This document shows, in pieces, positions 59,310 to 64,000 of a DNA stretch of 64,000 nt (its first letter is position 1; the number at the start of each line of letters is the position of its first letter). The stretch lies in the NCBI GenBank assembly GCA_026066175.1, contig GCA_026066175.1_4721.2. The stretch is one strand, 5' to 3'. Origin of the DNA: a phage. The position numbers and the translations under genes were made by a program. The notes below the pieces were generated by a model. That model was not told the origin of the DNA and ran no database searches. It saw only the letters and a list, made by a program, of their open reading frames with translations.

Positions 59310-59322
59310 GTTATAAACACAA

Positions 59323-62118
59323 TTAAGCTAATTTACCGAAACCGGCTTTCTGCAGTTTCTCGTTGATGATTTTCGCTTCAGCGAAGACGTAATCGCGGTA
59401 GGCGGTCACTAACGCATCCACGCGTGAACGCAAGGCTTCTTCGAAGCTATACCAGGCGGCGATTTCACGAATCTGCACGCTGATATAATCAACGGTTGAG
59501 CGAAGCTCGGTTGCGTTTTCTTGCGGGATGGCTTTCACTTGGCGAGCAACATCGCTTAAACGGCGGAACTGTGTTTCGATTTCTTTAAACTTACTGTCGG
59601 CAAGTTTGCTGAATTCGTCACCAGAACGGGTAAATAACAGATAGCTGTTGCCGTCAAGTGCGGTCGCTAACTGCTGAAGTACGTTGGTGTCCGGATACAC
59701 AGGAGTACCGCTTTGCAGTACTTTCTCACCGAATTCCGCGAAGTCCTTCGGTGGTAAGTGTGCAGACGTTGTCAATTCGTTGAAACGGAAAGTCAGCGAA
59801 TTATCATACAGCATCCGGTACGCTTCCATACCCTGTTTCATGGTACCGGCCAGGTTAGCCAGACGCGGAGCAATCTCGCCTTCTTTAGCGCGTTTCTGGT
59901 CTTCTAACGCCCCTTCGAGTTCTTTACACTGGTCGTTCAGATACACGATACGATCAGGACGTAGACGACGCATCTCACGAAGAATAGTATCCAGCTTACC
60001 TTCCTGGAAATAACCCAACGTTAAAGACGTACACGCTTGCTGAAGACGATCGAACACCGGTAAGGTTACCATCTCCTTACGGATACCATCAACAATCGCA
60101 GAAACAGCCGAAAGTTTCTGTTCTGTAGTCAATGGAACATCAGAGGCCGACTTGCTGGGTGCACCAACAACGTTACGCATTGCGTCGGTATCCTCGGTTT
60201 TATCAACCTCTTTACGAACATGCTCATCAGGAACATAAACGTTCGCGTTACGTTTCGCCTGCTTGATGGCGTCGTTGGCCGCTTTTTCGGTGGCCGCTAC
60301 GCTATCGGCACGTTTCTTCAAGAGTTCAATAATCCAGAGCAACAGACGACGAATCGCAGTGTAGGCTGTCGTGATGATGACACCGATAACAGCCATCTTC
60401 ATGATACCGAACGATTCCATGGTCGGCTCTAACGCTTGGTCTGGCATATACCGTTCACGCAGCTCCAGATAGATCTGCTCATCTGGTTTGCTGACCTCAC
60501 CACGATGCGAAGTCCGATAAATGGCTTCGTCAATCTCAACAAGATCTTTGCGTGCCTGACGGTCAGATTCTGTTAGGTAAGCACAACCGGATACGTCGTC
60601 TTCGAAGCTTAAGAATTTGAAAAAGTCACTGACGTCGATCTTGATCTTCTTCGCTTCATTATCGACATCGATAACATCTTTTTTCTGTGCCTGATATTCC
60701 GCTTTGATGTCGTTCACCGGCTTCAACGCACGTTCTTTTAATACCTGCACGATCTGTTTCCAGTCGGCGTCACGCTCAAGAACAAGGAAGTAATTCTTGA
60801 GTTCAAAAGCACGGTAACGCGCAACGAGTTGTTCTACCTGAATATGAGCGAGTTGCACATCCATCAGCCAACGCGACATTGCTGAGATCAAACGGCTATA
60901 AGCAAGCAATGTCTGATATGTTAGCTTCATGTGCTTTTCGTACAGCTCAATATCGCCGTCTTGAATATCAGCCGTTGGGTTCATTTCCTTCGTTGCTTTG
61001 AAGATCTGTTCGGCCTCATTTAACGTTTGTTCGAATTTGACTTCATTAAACGTGTCAAACGGTTCAGCCAACTCCATCATTCGATCGTGAAGCTCACGAA
61101 CCCAGGCTTCCTTATTGTTGCGAATAGCTGCGTCATCGTGAAGTTCAGTTTGATGTTTCTGTACCCATTCTTCGACGATATCAGCGGCGGCAACAATTCC
61201 TGTACCATCGGAAACTAACGGAACAACTCCAGCAAGTACGCCTACACACGCCGGGGTTTTCCAATAATCGTTCAAAGCGTTTCTGAATTCAACGATGGAT
61301 TGTACGTTTGGTACCGTATCCAAAAACGTACTGCCGTTACGGCTCATTGTCGTTACGATATCAGCGAATTCCTTCTGCTTAGCGGTAACAAAAGGAACCA
61401 GGACCATAAGCCATTCAGCAACCGACTTCGCTTTCTCTTTCAGATTTTTGTCAGCGATTTCCTTAAGGTTTATCGCACCACCGTAACCTGCAAGCTCTTT
61501 ATATACGTCGCTAAGGGTCATCTGTTTATCCAACATTTCTTTGAAACGTGGGTAATCAGCACCTAACGCATCGACAATATCGTTGATTACGTCATCAGTT
61601 GTTGCGATAAACTTCTTCGTATCAACGTTTGAATATTTCCAGACGTATCGTACTGCTTTCTTGATTCCTGCAAAGATAAACGCCCAGATACGCTTGATGA
61701 GTTCCCAGACTTTCTTCGCGCCATCGACAAACAGTTTAGAGACCTTGGCAACGAATCCTTCCTGCACCAATTCAACGCCGTTACGTGATGGGATTTCCGT
61801 GAAGAAAGCATCCGGCAGTTGTTTCGGGAATGCGTCACCAAGACGCATACGCAGTTCCGGTACATCAGCACGAGAAATACCGCGTGTTACTAATTGTTCG
61901 TGAAGACGAACGTTTTCTTCACCAGAGGTCACGAATTCGTCAACATCGAAGGAGACCATTGTTTCCTGATCTTCGGTGGTAACGACGCTTGAACCATCAC
62001 TGGTTTGGATGTCTTCGTCAGGGAATGCCATGAGCATACCGTGACGCATTTCAACCACCCCGTAATCGGTTGCTAAACCGAATTCGTTGTGGTCTGGGGT
62101 AATAACTGGGATACTCAT
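59323..62118 (-). CDS. large hypothetical virion protein with internal hydrophobic segment
   Basis: 931-aa ORF with ATGA overlap to the upstream gene; hydrophobic stretch MKMAVIGVIITTAYTAIRRLLLWIIELL; predicted largely helical. Confidence 0.6.
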   Translation of the reverse strand: MSIPVITPDHNEFGLATDYGVVEMRHGMLMAFPDEDIQTSDGSSVVTTEDQETMVSFDVDEFVTSGEENVRLHEQLVTRGISRADVPELRMRLGDAFPKQLPDAFFTEIPSRNGVELVQEGFVAKVSKLFVDGAKKVWELIKRIWAFIFAGIKKAVRYVWKYSNVDTKKFIATTDDVINDIVDALGADYPRFKEMLDKQMTLSDVYKELAGYGGAINLKEIADKNLKEKAKSVAEWLMVLVPFVTAKQKEFADIVTTMSRNGSTFLDTVPNVQSIVEFRNALNDYWKTPACVGVLAGVVPLVSDGTGIVAAADIVEEWVQKHQTELHDDAAIRNNKEAWVRELHDRMMELAEPFDTFNEVKFEQTLNEAEQIFKATKEMNPTADIQDGDIELYEKHMKLTYQTLLAYSRLISAMSRWLMDVQLAHIQVEQLVARYRAFELKNYFLVLERDADWKQIVQVLKERALKPVNDIKAEYQAQKKDVIDVDNEAKKIKIDVSDFFKFLSFEDDVSGCAYLTESDRQARKDLVEIDEAIYRTSHRGEVSKPDEQIYLELRERYMPDQALEPTMESFGIMKMAVIGVIITTAYTAIRRLLLWIIELLKKRADSVAATEKAANDAIKQAKRNANVYVPDEHVRKEVDKTEDTDAMRNVVGAPSKSASDVPLTTEQKLSAVSAIVDGIRKEMVTLPVFDRLQQACTSLTLGYFQEGKLDTILREMRRLRPDRIVYLNDQCKELEGALEDQKRAKEGEIAPRLANLAGTMKQGMEAYRMLYDNSLTFRFNELTTSAHLPPKDFAEFGEKVLQSGTPVYPDTNVLQQLATALDGNSYLLFTRSGDEFSKLADSKFKEIETQFRRLSDVARQVKAIPQENATELRSTVDYISVQIREIAAWYSFEEALRSRVDALVTAYRDYVFAEAKIINEKLQKAGFGKLA

Positions 62119-62555
62119 GCATTCTCTCCTTGCAGTGCGTTAGCGAAAGCCGTTGCGAGTTGCGCAACCAGCTTAGGATCAACACCTTCGATAACGTCGG
62201 GCAGCCCTGCGGTTTCTTGGTCACGAACGGCGGAGGCTAATAACAGCATGGTTTCAGGTGCGGTCGGCTCATGCACCATGCGGTAACGCAGGCACCAGAA
62301 GTAGCGGGCAACGTCTAACGCATCGGCCAGCCCAATAACCAGTACCTTGTTCAGCTTATCCAGCCCTTCACGGATTTTAGGGAGATGTTCGCGAACGAAA
62401 ATGCTATCTGCGGTCAGATCTTCTTTTTCAGCGAATACGGGCATGCTGTAACCAGCGATATAACCTGCGGCAATACTTAGCGCACGGGTCTGTTGTTCGG
62501 CTGGGAAATCACGTACCAGGTCTTTCAGTTGAACAGCGAAATCAGAAATATTCAT
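62115..62555 (-). CDS. hypothetical protein
   Basis: 146-aa ORF with SD taaaggaat. Confidence 0.6.
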   Translation of the reverse strand: MNISDFAVQLKDLVRDFPAEQQTRALSIAAGYIAGYSMPVFAEKEDLTADSIFVREHLPKIREGLDKLNKVLVIGLADALDVARYFWCLRYRMVHEPTAPETMLLLASAVRDQETAGLPDVIEGVDPKLVAQLATAFANALQGENA

Positions 62556-62588
62556 GTTAAATTCCTTTATAGTAGAAGGTGAATTAGG

Positions 62589-63899
62589 TTACGCGATGAT
62601 GGAGTCGAGTTTCGCTGACGCTTTGAACAGATCGTTGTTCATTGTTGAAGAAAGGACTTGCTGAATCTCTTCCTGTTTAACGGCTTTACGAACCCCAGGA
62701 CGAAGGATAAGCGTAACCATCTGCGAGAAGGTACGATTATTGTTCATCACACTCAGTGTTTCATCGATTGTTTTGATGGTATCCAACGTCATGGAACGAA
62801 CATCGCTTGGGATATCACGATCTTTCAGGCGTATGATTAAATCTTGTTTGATTTTACGGAATCGTTCCATGTCGTTATCGTAAATGTTGTATGTTGGATC
62901 TAACCAAACCGAAAGCGCGGTTACCGCTACAACAACTAACACGCCGATAGCACCAACAGAAGCTAAACCTATCGCCATCATGGAGACGATAGTAGCATCC
63001 ATGATGAAGGAGAGCCAGAACATCGTTTTGGACTTCATGGAGTTGGTACCATAAAGTCGAAACATTTTAGCAAGCCCGCTAACGAGATACTCCCCACCAC
63101 CATGACGCGTAGCGAACTGATCAGCCATGAATTCGGAAGAAACGTCGGTATAGCGTCCAGCGTTGTTGACATTTCTTAACTGCATCGCTTTGTTAGAAAC
63201 ATAAACCGTGTACCAGACATTACCATCGTCTGAATCGCTGATTTTGTTTACGTCGACGTTAGTATCCAGCGTTTTGTTTAACGCCTTAGCCAGTTCAATA
63301 CGTTTTACCTTATCGGTTGTCCCTAGCAGTTCACGCTGTACAGTCATGATTGAGGCTTCAACACGAACCGTTTCCGATAATGTTTCAAGGAAAGTAAATG
63401 CGTGCCCGATTTCATGCAGCATTATGGCCGCTTTTTCTTCCGGAATAAATGGTTCTGTCGCTGTTAGCAATTCATACGTGATGGCGGAACGAATCTTCAA
63501 TTCCTCAAAGATACCGTAAACACGACCTTTTTCTAAATCGACATAACCGACAGGCGTATCTTTAATCTTCTTAAGGAGTGTGACACCATCGGCACCGCGC
63601 ATCCATAATCGATGATAGTCTGCCATGATCGTGTTGTTTGTCGAAATATCCGGCGGGTACACGTAGGCGTTCATCTGGCCCATTTTCACATCAACCGAAA
63701 ATTCGATGTTCAACCCCGTATAGCGTTTAACCATCTCGGTTAAATGACCGTCCTTGAAAACGTTTAAAACCTCTTTTTTATCCAGTCCTTGTTTGCTTCT
63801 GAAGAACTCGGTCATTTCCTTGAACAAAGAACCATCCTGGAATTTGATGGCCTCCATCGTTAACTCGTCATGACCATACACACGTTGTAGTAATGACAT
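62589..63899 (-). CDS. putative membrane-associated zinc metallopeptidase (M48/HtpX-like motifs)
   Basis: 436-aa ORF with HEIGH (HExxH zinc-binding motif) at ~152, a downstream SSEFMADQFA (ExxAD-type third-ligand motif as in M48 peptidases) at ~245, and a ~40-residue hydrophobic region (MFWLSFIMDATIVSMMAIGLASVGAIGVLVVVAVTALSVWL) consistent with two TM helices. Confidence 0.5.
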   Translation of the reverse strand: MSLLQRVYGHDELTMEAIKFQDGSLFKEMTEFFRSKQGLDKKEVLNVFKDGHLTEMVKRYTGLNIEFSVDVKMGQMNAYVYPPDISTNNTIMADYHRLWMRGADGVTLLKKIKDTPVGYVDLEKGRVYGIFEELKIRSAITYELLTATEPFIPEEKAAIMLHEIGHAFTFLETLSETVRVEASIMTVQRELLGTTDKVKRIELAKALNKTLDTNVDVNKISDSDDGNVWYTVYVSNKAMQLRNVNNAGRYTDVSSEFMADQFATRHGGGEYLVSGLAKMFRLYGTNSMKSKTMFWLSFIMDATIVSMMAIGLASVGAIGVLVVVAVTALSVWLDPTYNIYDNDMERFRKIKQDLIIRLKDRDIPSDVRSMTLDTIKTIDETLSVMNNNRTFSQMVTLILRPGVRKAVKQEEIQQVLSSTMNNDLFKASAKLDSIIA

Positions 63900-63910
63900 T
63901 TTACACTCTC

Positions 63911-63928
63911 TAAATTTACGTAAATTTA
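63911..63928. promoter_or_regulatory. perfect 18-bp AT-rich palindrome TAAATTTACGTAAATTTA upstream of the metallopeptidase gene
   Basis: Exact reverse-complement symmetry, 12-29 nt upstream of the ATG at 63899; candidate operator or promoter element. Confidence 0.45.
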
Positions 63929-64000
63929 AGGGTTGGTTAAAAGCAGGTTGGCTGGCCTCGCCAATCTGTCACAGCCGTTGTGCTGCAACGGCATTCATAG

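Noticed and set aside
1-64000. tRNA genes, integrase/attachment sites, phage RNA polymerase subunits or terminase in this window
   Set aside because: No T-psi-C-like tRNA motifs in the few non-coding stretches, no recognisable NADFDGD-type polymerase or Walker-A terminase motifs in any translated ORF; the window appears to contain only virion/structural and unknown genes.

Overview
The whole 64-kb window looks like the virion/structural region of a large tailed phage, probably a jumbo myovirus with enterobacterial-type codon usage and roughly 50% GC; no host genes, tRNA/rRNA, CRISPR array or integrase were seen. I call 45 protein-coding genes, 39 on the minus strand, packed with 4-nt ATGA overlaps and very short divergent junctions (27-104 bp). 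Left end (62-7941): a five-gene tail-fibre cassette, including two long fibres built from ~60-aa tandem repeats (NPHxVTKAQVGLGNVxNY...AGTAxxRYMTP), one ending in a self-cleaving intramolecular-chaperone-like domain. 25015-27237 is a 740-aa, strongly codon-optimised gene that I interpret as the major capsid protein (inference). There are four tandem paralogue arrays: fibre modules, a three-gene family at 9380-12999, a three-gene family at 31175-33299, and a five-gene family at 42124-48721 with acidic AxE-rich N-termini reminiscent of protease-processed head-internal proteins of phiKZ/SPN3US-like phages (inference, not verified by search). The most striking non-coding signal is a family of eight near-identical GC-rich hairpins (CATAA-CCCTCCTCC-AA-CCC-GNAA-GGG-AA-GGAGGAGGG-ATATG), every one just downstream of a minus-strand stop codon and four of them exactly at convergent gene junctions. 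Other points worth a second look: a putative M48-like membrane Zn-metallopeptidase (HEIGH...EFMAD) preceded by a perfect 18-bp palindrome, a protein with prion-like Q/Y/P-rich segments, a tail-anchored protein with an ER/K charged helix, and several perfect hairpins and palindromes at gene junctions. All functional calls rest on motifs I can read in the sequence; no database search was run, so product names are hypotheses.
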